Source: an uncultured Armatimonadetes bacterium
Lineage (GTDB): Bacteria; Armatimonadota; UBA5829; DTJY01
Assembly: GCA_963717145.1 (NCBI GenBank)
Contig: OY970325.1
Coordinates: forward strand, 1,344,001-1,408,000
Reading direction: 5' to 3'
Length of the DNA stretch: 64,000 nt
Below, piece after piece: positions 50,095 to 59,733 of the stretch (its first letter is position 1; the number at the start of each line of letters is the position of its first letter). The notes under the pieces were generated by a model that saw only the letters and a program-made list of their open reading frames with translations, was not told where the DNA came from and did not search any database. A program made the position numbers and the translations under genes.

Positions 50095-50778
50095 TCATAC
50101 CGGCGGTTCGAGCTTGGGAGGCTCGGGGGCGGGGGCGGGCTTCTTCGTCGTCTTGCCGGCGGTGACGAGTGCGTCCGCCAGGCCGTAGATGTACGCCAGG
50201 AAGAAGACGACTCCCGTCACCAGCACCGCCGGGCTCGTGACGTAGACGAACATCTGGAGCGTATTGACGTTCCTCGGGTACGGGGGCTGCAGGAACGCCC
50301 AACTCAGCAGGAAGATAACGAACGTGCCGAAGATGAGGGCCGCCTTCGTCAGCTCGCCGTTGTAGAGCTGCCCCAGACCGGGGACGAGCGCGCTGACAAA
50401 CGCAACCACCTGGCTTCTCTCCCGCGTCACTTGGTACTTCCCAGGGTTCTGCAGCATGTCCTGGGCCATCACCTTCGCCCGCTCGGCCTCGGCGATGTCG
50501 AGCGTTGTCCTGGCGAACTTCTTCTCCAGCGAGTCCTTCCCCGGAGCGTAGTCGAGCGCGGTCCGATACTCCGCAAGCGCGGCCTGGAGCTTCCCGGCGT
50601 CATAGAGCGAATCGCCGAGCATCTCCCGAATGAGCACGTCCTTCGGGTTGAGTTCGAGCGCCCGGCGGCACGTATCCTGGGCCTCCAGTGGCTGACCTCG
50701 CAGGCGGTGTAAGTTGGCCTTCGCGAGCAGGAGTTCCAGTTCGCGCTCGCGATCGATTCCGGGATTCTCTGTCGACAT
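50095..50778 (-). CDS. TPR protein with C-terminal TM2-like membrane domain
   Basis: TPR helices (RALELNP, ALDYAP); SALVPGLGQLYNG motif. Confidence 0.8.
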   Translation of the reverse strand: MSTENPGIDRERELELLLAKANLHRLRGQPLEAQDTCRRALELNPKDVLIREMLGDSLYDAGKLQAALAEYRTALDYAPGKDSLEKKFARTTLDIAEAERAKVMAQDMLQNPGKYQVTRERSQVVAFVSALVPGLGQLYNGELTKAALIFGTFVIFLLSWAFLQPPYPRNVNTLQMFVYVTSPAVLVTGVVFFLAYIYGLADALVTAGKTTKKPAPAPEPPKLEPPV

Positions 50779-51153
50779 CTACGCCTCTGCCTGCACTTCC
50801 TCGGGGGACATCGGCGGGGGGCTGCCTTTCTCTGCGCCGCTCCAGTAGGCTTCGAGGCGGTAGAACTCCCGCTCCTCCGGCGCGAATATGTGGACGATCA
50901 CATCGCCGTAGTCGAGGAGCACCCAGGTGGCATGTTCGTAACCCTCCAGGCGCTTGCTCTTGATGCCGTTGTCGCGCAGTTTCTCGATGACGGCGTCGGC
51001 GATGCTTCGGATATGGACGTTGGAACTGCCGCTCGCGATGACGAGGACATCCGCCATGACGGTCCTGTTGCGAACCTCGACCTTTGCGGGGTCAAGGGCC
51101 TTCTTTTCGTCCATTGCTTCGAGTACCAGACTGGTCTTTTCCTCTGATGTCAT
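50779..51153 (-). CDS. rsfS: Ribosome silencing factor
   Basis: KKALD, WVLLDYGDVIVHIF...REFYRLE..W. Confidence 0.96.
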   Translation of the reverse strand: MTSEEKTSLVLEAMDEKKALDPAKVEVRNRTVMADVLVIASGSSNVHIRSIADAVIEKLRDNGIKSKRLEGYEHATWVLLDYGDVIVHIFAPEEREFYRLEAYWSGAEKGSPPPMSPEEVQAEA

Positions 51154-51168
51154 ACGTTTCCTTTCTTG

Positions 51169-51278
51169 CCAGCCAACTTCCCTGGGCACCGTAGGGGCGA
51201 TCCTTCAACGGTCGCCCGTTCGTTCAGGGGGGCGACCGTTGAAGGATCGCCCCTACGGTGCCCAGGGAAGCTGGCTGG
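51169..51278. repeat. REP family A variant inside a 110-bp hairpin
   Basis: CCAGCCAACTTCCCTGGGCACC-GTAGGGGCGATCCTTCAACGGTCGCCC...GGGCGACCGTTGAAGGATCGCCCCTAC-GGTGCCCAGGGAAGCTGGCTGG. Confidence 0.88.
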
Positions 51279-52520
51279 TCATGTCCCCGAGGCCAGGGCG
51301 GCGAAATCCTTGCCGACGATGACGGTCACATCGGCGGGCGCGGCCTTATCCTGCTCCTGCTTGACGATCTGCGAGTTGAGCAGGAGCGCAATCTGTTGAG
51401 CGCCCTCATCGCTGCCCTTATGGTTGATCACCTCGCTGGAATCATAGTCGAACTTCGGGGCATTGCCTACGGACTTGACCTCGTACCCCTTCTTCTTCAG
51501 CATCTCGGCGGCACTCGCGCCCGCTCCGACGACTCCGCTGCCATTGAGCACTTCGATCGTCGGCAATGCGACGACCGTCTGCGGGAAGAACAGCTCCTGC
51601 ACGACCTCCGCAGTCTTGTTCGCATCCGGAATCCAGTAGCTGATACCGTGGAGCGTCTCCGGCACACCGGGCAGGGTCGCCATCTTTACCCCGGCCATGT
51701 CCAGCTTGGAGACGAACTTGGCGAGATACAGCAAGTCCTTCGGGCTCATGTCGGTCCGGACGTTCTTCGCAACGGCATCCATCGTCCGCGGAAGTTTCGG
51801 AAGGTTGGCGGGCTCCAGAGCTTTCTTCGCCAGCGCCTTCAGGAACTTCTGCTGGCGCTCGATGCGGGTGATATCACCCATCACGTCGTGCCGGAAGCGG
51901 ACGTACTGCATCGCCTTGTCACCGTCGAGCACCTGGCGACCCTTCTTCAGGTTGATGTACAAGCCGCCCCACCGGTCCGTGTAGCGCATGTTCTTGTCGA
52001 CGTCGATCTCCACTCCACCGACCGCGTCCACCGTACCCTTGAATCCCTCGACGTTCGTGACGACATAGTAGTCGGGCTGAACGCCGGTCAACTCGAACAC
52101 GATGCGAGCCGTCTCGACCGGGCCGCCCTGCGAGAAGGCGGCGTTGATCTTGGATGACTTGCCGTAGCCGTTCGCGTCGACCCGTGTGTCGCGCGGGATC
52201 GAGATCGCGGCGACGTGCTTCTTCTCCAGGTCGATCGAGGCGATGATAATCGTGTCGGAGAGTCCGCGCTGGCCCTTCATCCTCTTGCCGGTGTTGTCCT
52301 CGCCGAGCACCAGGATGTGGACCACCGGTCTTCCGTCAAACGGCTTCTCGAACACCTCTCTGACGTTCCACTTCATGCCGGTTCGGGAGATGTAGTACCC
52401 CAGGAACGAGCCCATGCCGCCCGCCGCGAGCAGACCCGCGGCCACCAGTACGACCATTCCGACGCGACTCATGCCGCGCGTATTACCGAGGCTCCGGGCT
52501 ATCCATTTCCTCATGTTCAA
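51279..52520 (-). CDS. LCP family protein with LytR C-terminal domain
   Basis: ILVLGED, SDTII, SIPRDT, KINAA, YVRFRH..GDI.RI.RQQ; EVLNGSG..G..DVTVIVGKD. Confidence 0.92.
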   Translation of the reverse strand: MNMRKWIARSLGNTRGMSRVGMVVLVAAGLLAAGGMGSFLGYYISRTGMKWNVREVFEKPFDGRPVVHILVLGEDNTGKRMKGQRGLSDTIIIASIDLEKKHVAAISIPRDTRVDANGYGKSSKINAAFSQGGPVETARIVFELTGVQPDYYVVTNVEGFKGTVDAVGGVEIDVDKNMRYTDRWGGLYINLKKGRQVLDGDKAMQYVRFRHDVMGDITRIERQQKFLKALAKKALEPANLPKLPRTMDAVAKNVRTDMSPKDLLYLAKFVSKLDMAGVKMATLPGVPETLHGISYWIPDANKTAEVVQELFFPQTVVALPTIEVLNGSGVVGAGASAAEMLKKKGYEVKSVGNAPKFDYDSSEVINHKGSDEGAQQIALLLNSQIVKQEQDKAAPADVTVIVGKDFAALASGT

Positions 52521-53128
52521 TCTTCTGCGTACAATCCGTTCTTGCGTATGTATGCCTCGACGCTCGACGGCACGAGGTACCGTATCGACTTGCCGGCTGC
52601 CACTCTCCGCCGGATCTCGGTCGCGGAGATGTCGATCTCGGGCATTCGGAGCACGTCGATGCTCGACAGGAACTTCGGCGGGAGACGCCTCTCCAGTTCG
52701 AGGAGATCGAATCCCGGCCTCGGTACGGCGATGAACCGCGCCAGTTCGGGGAGGGCATCCGACTCCCGCCAGCTCTCGATCTCGAGAATCTCGTCAGCGC
52801 CGGCGATGAAGTACAATTCCACTTCCGCCCCCGTCACACCTTGCAGGGCTCGAATGGTGTCCACCGAGTAGGAAGGGCCCGGCCGTTCGATCTCGATGCG
52901 CGACACCTCGAAATGCGGGTTATCGTCGGTTCCGAGCAGAGTCATAGCGTACCGATGCTCCGCGTCCGAGATCCGATACTGCGCCTTGTGAGGCGGCTCA
53001 CCGGCGGGCACGAATACGACCCGTTCGAGGTCGAACGCGGTCCGTGCCTCCTCCGCCGCGATCAGGTGCGCCATGTGCAGGGGATCAAATGTTCCCCCCA
53101 TTATGCCGATGCGGGTCTTGTTCGTCAT
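52517..53128 (-). CDS. nadD: Nicotinate-nucleotide adenylyltransferase
   Basis: GIMGGTFDPLHMAH, PPHK, SYSVDT, ISATEIR. Confidence 0.96.
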   Translation of the reverse strand: MTNKTRIGIMGGTFDPLHMAHLIAAEEARTAFDLERVVFVPAGEPPHKAQYRISDAEHRYAMTLLGTDDNPHFEVSRIEIERPGPSYSVDTIRALQGVTGAEVELYFIAGADEILEIESWRESDALPELARFIAVPRPGFDLLELERRLPPKFLSSIDVLRMPEIDISATEIRRRVAAGKSIRYLVPSSVEAYIRKNGLYAED

Positions 53129-54237
53129 ATGCCCAGTACGAGATTGTCTCTATGGATGGCCTCGTCAAAGTCCTTATGTCCAAGGATATCCACTATGTCC
53201 GAACTGCGCTTGCCCTTGATCTTTTCGATTTCATCCGCACTATAGTTGACGAGTCCGCGGGCGAATTGGTTTCCTTGTTGGTCCAAAACCTTCACCAGAT
53301 CGCCGCTCGAGAAGCCGCCCGATACGTCGGTGATCCCCGCCGCGAGCAGGCTCTTGCCGCCCCCACAGATCATCTCCCTCGCGCCGTCGTTCACCGTGAT
53401 ACTGCCGCGCACACTTGCACCGAATGCGATCCAGCGCTTCCTGCTCCGAAGGCGCTCGGCCACCGGCAGGAACTTCGTGCCGATCTGCTTCCCCGCCACG
53501 ATATCGGCAAGGACGTTCGGACGCCTTCCGTCGGCGATCACCATGGTGACGCCCGAGTTCACCGCAACCTCCGCCGCCTCGATCTTCGTCCGCATGCCGC
53601 CGGTCCCGGTCACTCCGTGCGTCCCGCCTGCCAATTCCCGGATCGCGGACGTCATCTTCTTGACGACAGGGATGACATTCGCCGACTCGCAGTGTTCCGG
53701 ATCGGCGTCGCACAGGCCCGGTACGTCCGAGAGAATGATGAGCCAGCCCGACTGCAGGGATGACGCAACCAGCGCCGCGAGGTTATCGTTGTCCCCCACC
53801 CTGATCTCATCGACGGCCACCGTGTCGTTCTCGTTGACGATCGGCACGGCGCCGTGATGCAGGAGGGTGAGCATGGTGTTCCGGGCGTTGAGGTAGCGCT
53901 TGCGATGGCCGAAGTCTTCCTTGGTCAGCAGTACCTGGCCTACGGTGATCTTGTGGCCGGCGAAAAGATCGGCGTACATCTGCATCAGGAGTCCCTGGCC
54001 GATGGCGGCGGCGGCCTGCTTCTCGGGGATGGTGCGCGGACGGGACTTCATCTCCATGCGCTCCATCCCTGCGCGGATGGAGCCGGAACTGACGAGCACG
54101 ACCTCGTAGTCCTTCGCCTTCAGATCGGCGATCTGCTACGTAAGTGACGCGAAGTACGCTGGGTCGAGGCATCCGTTACTGTCGGTCAAGGTGCTCGACC
54201 CGACCTTAATGACTATTCGTCTGAGTCGTCTAGGCAT
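53125..54237 (-). CDS. proB: Glutamate 5-kinase with in-frame TAG at codon 34 (54136-54138)
   Basis: MPRRLRRIVIKVGSSTLT...SLT*QIADL...VSSG, AAIGQ, NENDTV, GDND, GTGGM.TK, PUA domain. Confidence 0.92.
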
Positions 54238-54264
54238 GTGGATAGGGTGTCAGGTGTCACCCCT

Positions 54265-54341
54265 CGCCGCGTTCGTGCAGGAGTTGAACTCCTGCACGCT
54301 GTACTGACATGCAGGAGTTCAACTCCTGCACGAACGCGGCG
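54265..54341. repeat. Nested palindrome (TGCAGGAGTTSAACTCCTGCA x2)
   Basis: CGCCGCGTTCGTGCAGGAGTTGAACTCCTGCA ... TGCAGGAGTTCAACTCCTGCACGAACGCGGCG, flanked by GGTGTCA/GACACC heptamers. Confidence 0.82.
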
Positions 54342-54372
54342 GGGGGGACACCAAATACCCTTAAACCTCAGG

Positions 54373-55674
54373 TCATTCTACCTCATCCTCAGACGCGTAG
54401 TCAAACTCGGTCGCTCCTATCGTCACCGTGTCACCGTTCTCCACGCCCAGTTCCTCGAGCTTCTTCAGGACGCCCAGGCGCTCGAGCTTCCGGTGAAGAC
54501 GGCGGACAGCCTCGTCATTGTCGAGTTTCGACATCGCCACGGTCCGAGCGATGCCTTTGCCCTCCACGACGAATTCGTGATCGCCCGCCTTCTTCACCTC
54601 GAACTTGCCTTCATCGAGCTTCTCCGGCGTGATCAGAACGACTTCATCCGCCTCGGCGGGTTCCGGTGCGAGCGCGTCGAGTCGAAGCAGTTCTTCGCCG
54701 AGGAAGTTGATCAGCGGCTGCACACCTTCACCGGTCGCTGCCGAGATCCGGAAGACCTTCAGTCCGCGATCCTCGAGAGCCTTCTTGAGGGGCTCAGCGA
54801 TCTCCAGTGCCCCGGACACATCGATCTTGTTGAGAGCCCCGACCTGCGGGAGTCTCGACAGTTTCGCGCTGTAGAGATCGAGTTCGCGGTTGATGGCATC
54901 GAAATCGTCGGCCGCATCGCGATTCGTGAATCCGGAGACATCGATGATGTGGACCAGAAGCCGCGTGCGCTCGATGTGGCGAAGGAAACGGTCACCGAGG
55001 CCCGCACCGGCATGCGCTCCCTCGATCAGCCCGGGGATGTCGGCCATGACGAACGAACGGTACTCACCGAGCCGCACGACTCCGAGGTTCGGCACGAGGG
55101 TCGTGAACGGGTAGTCGGCAATCTTGGGGCGGGCGGCGGATACCTGGGCGATCAGCGTGGACTTGCCCACATTGGGGAAGCCGATAAGTCCTACGTCAGC
55201 GAGAAGCTTCAACTCGAGTCGCAGGTTGCGCTCTTCTCCCGGCTCACCATTCTCGGCAATCCGGGGAGTCTGCGCCGTAGGGGTCGCGAAGTGTTGATTC
55301 CCTCGTCCACCTCGGCCTCCCTTCGCGATGACAAAGGGCTGATCCGCGGCCATCAGATCGGCGATCAGTTCGCCGTCATCGGCGTCGTAGACCTGCGTCC
55401 CGACCGGAACTCTGAGGACGAGGTCCTCGCCGTTCCTGCCGCTCATGTTCTTGATGCCGCCGTCGACGCCCTTTTCCGCTTTGTAGTTGCGCTTGTACCG
55501 GAAGTCGATGAGCGTCGTCAGGCGGGCGTCAGGAAGCAGCACAACGTCGCCGCCCTTGCCCCCGTCGCCGCCGGAAGGGCCGCCTCGGGGGACGAACTTC
55601 TCCCGTCGGAAGGCGATGATGCCGTTTCCTCCCGATCCTGACTTGACGCTGATTTCGACTTCGTCGACGAACAT
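54373..55674 (-). CDS. obgE: GTPase ObgE/CgtA with C-terminal extension domain
   Basis: FRREKFVPRGGPSGGDGG, GFPNVGKST, YPFTTL, DIPGLIEGA, NKID. Confidence 0.98.
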   Translation of the reverse strand: MFVDEVEISVKSGSGGNGIIAFRREKFVPRGGPSGGDGGKGGDVVLLPDARLTTLIDFRYKRNYKAEKGVDGGIKNMSGRNGEDLVLRVPVGTQVYDADDGELIADLMAADQPFVIAKGGRGGRGNQHFATPTAQTPRIAENGEPGEERNLRLELKLLADVGLIGFPNVGKSTLIAQVSAARPKIADYPFTTLVPNLGVVRLGEYRSFVMADIPGLIEGAHAGAGLGDRFLRHIERTRLLVHIIDVSGFTNRDAADDFDAINRELDLYSAKLSRLPQVGALNKIDVSGALEIAEPLKKALEDRGLKVFRISAATGEGVQPLINFLGEELLRLDALAPEPAEADEVVLITPEKLDEGKFEVKKAGDHEFVVEGKGIARTVAMSKLDNDEAVRRLHRKLERLGVLKKLEELGVENGDTVTIGATEFDYASEDEVE

Positions 55675-55702
55675 GGCTACCTCGGAGTGCGGGTCATCGC
55701 AT

Positions 55703-55793
55703 GTAGTGGCCGTGCCTCTGTGCCGGCCTTGGGCCGTCCGACGGGTCGATCTGCTCGGCAGGCGGATGGCCGGCGCAGAGGCACGGCCACTAC
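55703..55793. repeat. REP-like palindrome, family B (second copy)
   Basis: GTAGTGGCCGTGCCTCTGTGCCGGCC ... GGCCGGCGCAGAGGCACGGCCACTAC. Confidence 0.87.
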
Positions 55794-55865
55794 ATGATCA
55801 ACCCCAGAAACACGAAGGGCTCGATCATCGCAACGGACAATCGAGCCCCGGTGGAAAAGTAATAC

Positions 55866-56120
55866 TCACTCAGCAGCCGGATAAACGCTGCATTTCCTGA
55901 TCTTCTTGCCCTCGAACTTCACAACGCCGGCGATGAGCGAATAGAGAGTGTCATCATTGCCTCTACCCACATTGTTGCCCGGATGGATCGGGGTGCCGCG
56001 CTGTCGGACGAGAATGCTCCCAGCCTTGACGGTCTCGCCGCCGTACTCCTTGACTCCGAGTCTCTGCGCATTGCTGTCTCGTCCGTTGCGAGAGCTTCCT
56101 ACACCTTTTTTATGTGCCAA
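55866..56120 (-). CDS. rpmA: 50S ribosomal protein L27
   Basis: [16 protein letters not shown]...RLGVK...RQRGT. Confidence 0.98.
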   Translation of the reverse strand: MAHKKGVGSSRNGRDSNAQRLGVKEYGGETVKAGSILVRQRGTPIHPGNNVGRGNDDTLYSLIAGVVKFEGKKIRKCSVYPAAE

Positions 56121-56144
56121 TCTGATTCACCTCCAGAAAAACTG

Positions 56145-56462
56145 CTAAGCCGCGTACTCGATCTTCTCGATCTGAAGCTTCGTGAGCGGCTGTCGATGTC
56201 CATAGCGCCCACGGACATTCTTCTTCGCCTTGTACGTGAAGCCGATTATCTTCTTCCCGAGATCGTGGCGGAGCACCTTGGCCGTTACCTTGGCGCCTTC
56301 GACGATCGGAGCACCGATCACGGCGCCTTTGTCACTGCTGATGAACAACACGCTCGCCAGCTCGACCTGGTCGCCCGCCGGGACGTCGAGTTTCTCGACC
56401 TCGAGGACATCGTTCTCTCGAACGGTATACTGCTTTCCGCCGGTTTTGATGATGGCATACAT
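56145..56462 (-). CDS. rplU: 50S ribosomal protein L21
   Basis: [12 protein letters not shown]...GHRQ. Confidence 0.98.
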   Translation of the reverse strand: MYAIIKTGGKQYTVRENDVLEVEKLDVPAGDQVELASVLFISSDKGAVIGAPIVEGAKVTAKVLRHDLGKKIIGFTYKAKKNVRGRYGHRQPLTKLQIEKIEYAA

Positions 56463-56532
56463 TCTATGGAGTTCCTTTCAAGGGCCGGACGACCGGCGAC
56501 AGACATTCATGATCCTTCTGAAAAACCTACGC

Positions 56533-56562
56533 ATGTTACCACTGTTCGGAGCACTTTGTCAA
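56533..56562 (-). promoter_or_regulatory. Sigma70-type promoter of the rplU operon
   Basis: Minus strand TTGACA-18 bp-(TGG)TAACAT. Confidence 0.7.
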
Positions 56563-56577
56563 GCTTTCGATGCGCCG

Positions 56578-58077
56578 GAAAGAGTTCACGATCGTTGATA
56601 GTGAAGTTTGTCAGGCTGGATCGGTCGCGGGTGTCTGAGGAACGCCCATGAGCATCCGCCGGCATGACTCCATCGCATCTTCACCACGCAAGTGCCAGGT
56701 CCCGAATAGACTCATCAGCGCCATGCGGGTCTCAGATCCCTTGGCCGACCGTGTGCCGCCGCTGATCTTGCGAGCCGTTACCGCAGGCCGGATCGCTCGC
56801 TCGGCCGCGTTGTTCTCGCTTGGTACTTCCGGACATTCTACGAAGACAAACAGCTCCGGCAGGAATCTCTCGATCCGCTCAGCGAGTATCCTCTGCGGAA
56901 CATCCCGCTTCACATATGGTCTGGCGAGTCGAAGCAACTCTTCCTCGAATGCGATCCGCTGCTCGTGCCGAGCCTTCGACTCCTCGTTCGAATATCTCTT
57001 CGCGCGTCTGTAAACGGCCTTGACCTTGCCGACCCAGACTGCTACCCCTCTCTTGTCAGGGTTCGCCTCGACGAGCGTTCGCAAGTCCCGCAGGTAGTGC
57101 ACCCAGCACCGCTGATGCCGCCCCAAGAGCACGTTGTAACCGCAGTAGAAGTCGCTTACGACTACACCGCCGTAGTCCTCTCCCAGCACATCCTTTGCGA
57201 CCTCTCCGCTCCGACTCTTGTCTCGGATGAAGTAGCGCACGCGTGGCGTCGAGAAGCTCCAGATGTATCCGTTCCTCCCGTCTTCCCGCCAGCCGGTCTC
57301 ATCCGCGTTCACCGCAGGGCTTCCCCGCACCGCATGAAGAAGCTTCTCTACCTCCGACTTCCCCATGGATGCTACCGTATGTAGTATCTTTGTGATCTCT
57401 CCGCGCCCGAGATGCAGACCGTAGAGTGATTCCAGAAGCTTCTGCACACGCTCGACCGGCATTCTACCGACCGTGTGGAGATAGCTCACCAGGCTCATCA
57501 GCCGGATGCCCACCCGGTGTGTCCCGACCACCTCTTCGGAGAGGTCGAGCTTCGGCACGTGTATCTTGTGGCAGACTCCGCAGTACCGTCCGATCACCAG
57601 GTGCTCGATGATCCTGACCGGCATCACCGGTATCTCGATCACCTGCCGGCTGTGATGCATCGTGCCGCCGGAGAGCTTCCTGCCGCAGTCGGGACAGGTG
57701 TCGAGCGCGTGCTCCACGATCTCCGTGGGGGTCTCCCTCAAGCGGGCAAACGACTTCTGCCGCTTCTTGCGATCCTTCTTCTTGCGCTCGGGCCGGTTTG
57801 CCTTCACAAAGGCAGGTATCGTCCTGCCGCCGCCACCGAGCTTGGACCGGAGTTCTTCATTCTCCTTCTCAAGCGCTCGGACGCGTTCGGTCAGGGTGTC
57901 TACACCTTCACGCAACTCCAGGACGGCCTGATGCTGCTCTCGGATCGCCTGGTGCTGCTCCAAGACGATGCCGATCAGTTCTTCTCTTGATAGGTTGCCG
58001 AGATCGTTCACAACCTACCATTCGACAGCCGATCCTGGGGTACCTTCCTCAGATTATCAATGATCGTGAACTCTTAC
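56578..58077 (-). mobile_element. IS66 family element, single-ORF (ISBst12-type), 1500 bp
   Basis: Terminal IRs GAAAGAGTTCACGATCGTTGATA / GTAAGAGTTCACGATCATTGATA; flanking 8-mers ATGCGCCG and CTGCGCCG (7/8 identical). Confidence 0.92.
56611..58011 (-). CDS. IS66 family transposase
   Basis: Coiled coil, CPDCG...CGVC zinc finger, ADETGW, SDFY, QRCWVH, NNAAERAIR. Confidence 0.95.
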   Translation of the reverse strand: MNDLGNLSREELIGIVLEQHQAIREQHQAVLELREGVDTLTERVRALEKENEELRSKLGGGGRTIPAFVKANRPERKKKDRKKRQKSFARLRETPTEIVEHALDTCPDCGRKLSGGTMHHSRQVIEIPVMPVRIIEHLVIGRYCGVCHKIHVPKLDLSEEVVGTHRVGIRLMSLVSYLHTVGRMPVERVQKLLESLYGLHLGRGEITKILHTVASMGKSEVEKLLHAVRGSPAVNADETGWREDGRNGYIWSFSTPRVRYFIRDKSRSGEVAKDVLGEDYGGVVVSDFYCGYNVLLGRHQRCWVHYLRDLRTLVEANPDKRGVAVWVGKVKAVYRRAKRYSNEESKARHEQRIAFEEELLRLARPYVKRDVPQRILAERIERFLPELFVFVECPEVPSENNAAERAIRPAVTARKISGGTRSAKGSETRMALMSLFGTWHLRGEDAMESCRRMLMGVPQTPATDPA

Positions 58078-58356
58078 CTGCGCCGACTGCCCGCATACGC
58101 CGAAAGACGCCTTGGTTCTACCCGCTAACATGTCATTGTACCACAAATTCCATCGCTCAATGAGTTTCCATTCTGGCTTGCTGGGTATATACCATTGAAG
58201 GAAAACGGAAAGTCGTCTACCCCACTGTCGGATGGCACATGCTCGTCATCCGACATGGCGATAACCGACTGTTTCCTGACGCGTTCGCGTCAGGATTCCG
58301 GAGCACCCCACGGACGGGCCGCAAGACTCATCGCTGAATCACTTCAGGAGTCGCTG

Positions 58357-59652
58357 GTGGCATCCGTGAGGATATCTGCAATCATCCATGGAGCGATACT
58401 CGTGCTGGCAGCAATGTGTCTGCCGGTTTCGGCCGTATATTCCGCTCCTGACTCAGTTCCGCCCTCATACGCCGCCATCGACCGACACGCACTCAAGGCG
58501 CCGGCATCGGCCGAATCCTCGGTCGAGAGCCTCGCCGCCTACCTCACTTCCGACGCGAAGACCGACATCGAGAAAGCCCGCGCGATCTTCCGCTGGATCA
58601 CCGCGAGGATTCACTTCGACCCATCCGCTCTGGAGGACGCCGCCGTGCAGGAGATCGATGCCGATCAGGTGCTGAAGACGAGGCGGACGGCGTGCATGGG
58701 CTACTCCGAGATCTTTTACGTCCTCGGTCGGGCAGCGGGACTGGAGGTCGAGAGGATCGCCGGACTTGCGAGGGGCTGCAGTATCACGAACAACTCCCTC
58801 TGCAACAGCCCGCCGAACCACGAATGGAATGCGGTCAAGATCGACGGTAAGTGGATGCTGCTCGACTGCACCTGGAGCACCGGATACATGGAGTCGAGCA
58901 CCAGGTTCGTCAAGCGGTACGACGATTTCTACTTCTGCACGCCGCCCGAGCAGTTCATCTTCGACCACTTCCCCATCGACCCGGACTGGCAGTTCCTCCC
59001 GAAGCCGATATCGTGCCGGGAGTACGATCAACTCGTCACCCTGCAGCCGGAGTTCTTCAAGCGTGGTCTCGAACTCGACACGCATCGACAATCGAGCATC
59101 GACGCGACCGGTCCGATCGAGATCGATCTGACCGCTCACCGGGATGTAGTCATGCTGGCGCGGCTGACTTGCGGCAAGGAGCAGGTCGCCGGTTCATACA
59201 CATTCGTAGAAAAGGATGGCGACCGGATGAAAGTGGCGGTGGCCTTCCCTCATCCGGGCACTTACACGCTGCGGCTGTACGCGAGACTCGCGAATGTGGG
59301 CGAGAACCTCAAGTGGGTGGCCGACTACCAGGTGAACGTCACTTCGCTCAGCAAGCCGTGCCAATGCTTCCCGGAGAGCCTCGAGGCGTTCATCCAACAC
59401 GACGCCCGGTTGATGTCTCCTCGAGCCGGGAAACTCGAGCGAGGCACCAGTCAGCAGTTCAGGCTGATGGTACCCGGCGCGAAGGTGGTCGCGGTGATCG
59501 CCGGCAAGAAGTGGTCGTACCTGCAGCGGGACGGCGACATCTTCGAGGGAACGGTCGAAGTGACGGATGAGCCGATGCAGGTCTGCGTGAACTTCGGCAA
59601 CTCCCGCGAATACCAGGTCCTCCTCACCTACAACAAGTCGGCGACCCCGTAA
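58357..59652 (+). CDS. Secreted transglutaminase-domain protein (kyphoscoliosis peptidase-like)
   Basis: KARAIFRWIT, ACMGYS, HEWNAVKIDGKW.LLDCTW (C-H-D triad), FIFDHFP; start uncertain. Confidence 0.85.
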   Translation: MASVRISAIIHGAILVLAAMCLPVSAVYSAPDSVPPSYAAIDRHALKAPASAESSVESLAAYLTSDAKTDIEKARAIFRWITARIHFDPSALEDAAVQEIDADQVLKTRRTACMGYSEIFYVLGRAAGLEVERIAGLARGCSITNNSLCNSPPNHEWNAVKIDGKWMLLDCTWSTGYMESSTRFVKRYDDFYFCTPPEQFIFDHFPIDPDWQFLPKPISCREYDQLVTLQPEFFKRGLELDTHRQSSIDATGPIEIDLTAHRDVVMLARLTCGKEQVAGSYTFVEKDGDRMKVAVAFPHPGTYTLRLYARLANVGENLKWVADYQVNVTSLSKPCQCFPESLEAFIQHDARLMSPRAGKLERGTSQQFRLMVPGAKVVAVIAGKKWSYLQRDGDIFEGTVEVTDEPMQVCVNFGNSREYQVLLTYNKSATP

Positions 59653-59733
59653 GGTTAACACGAAGGACACTCCCCCACTCACGGCTAAGAGTTATGCGGT
59701 GTAACTCATCCAGACATATATTAGGGAGAAGCC

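Noticed and set aside
49898-50098. Short ORF coupled to the TPR gene (MTQALLG...)
   Set aside because: Only 66 codons, overlaps the ATPase end, no motif; may be a remnant but unsupported.
54136-54138. Genome-wide TAG reassignment
   Set aside because: Many conserved genes here (hflX, dapL, dapF, rplU, ileS) end at TAG at expected lengths.
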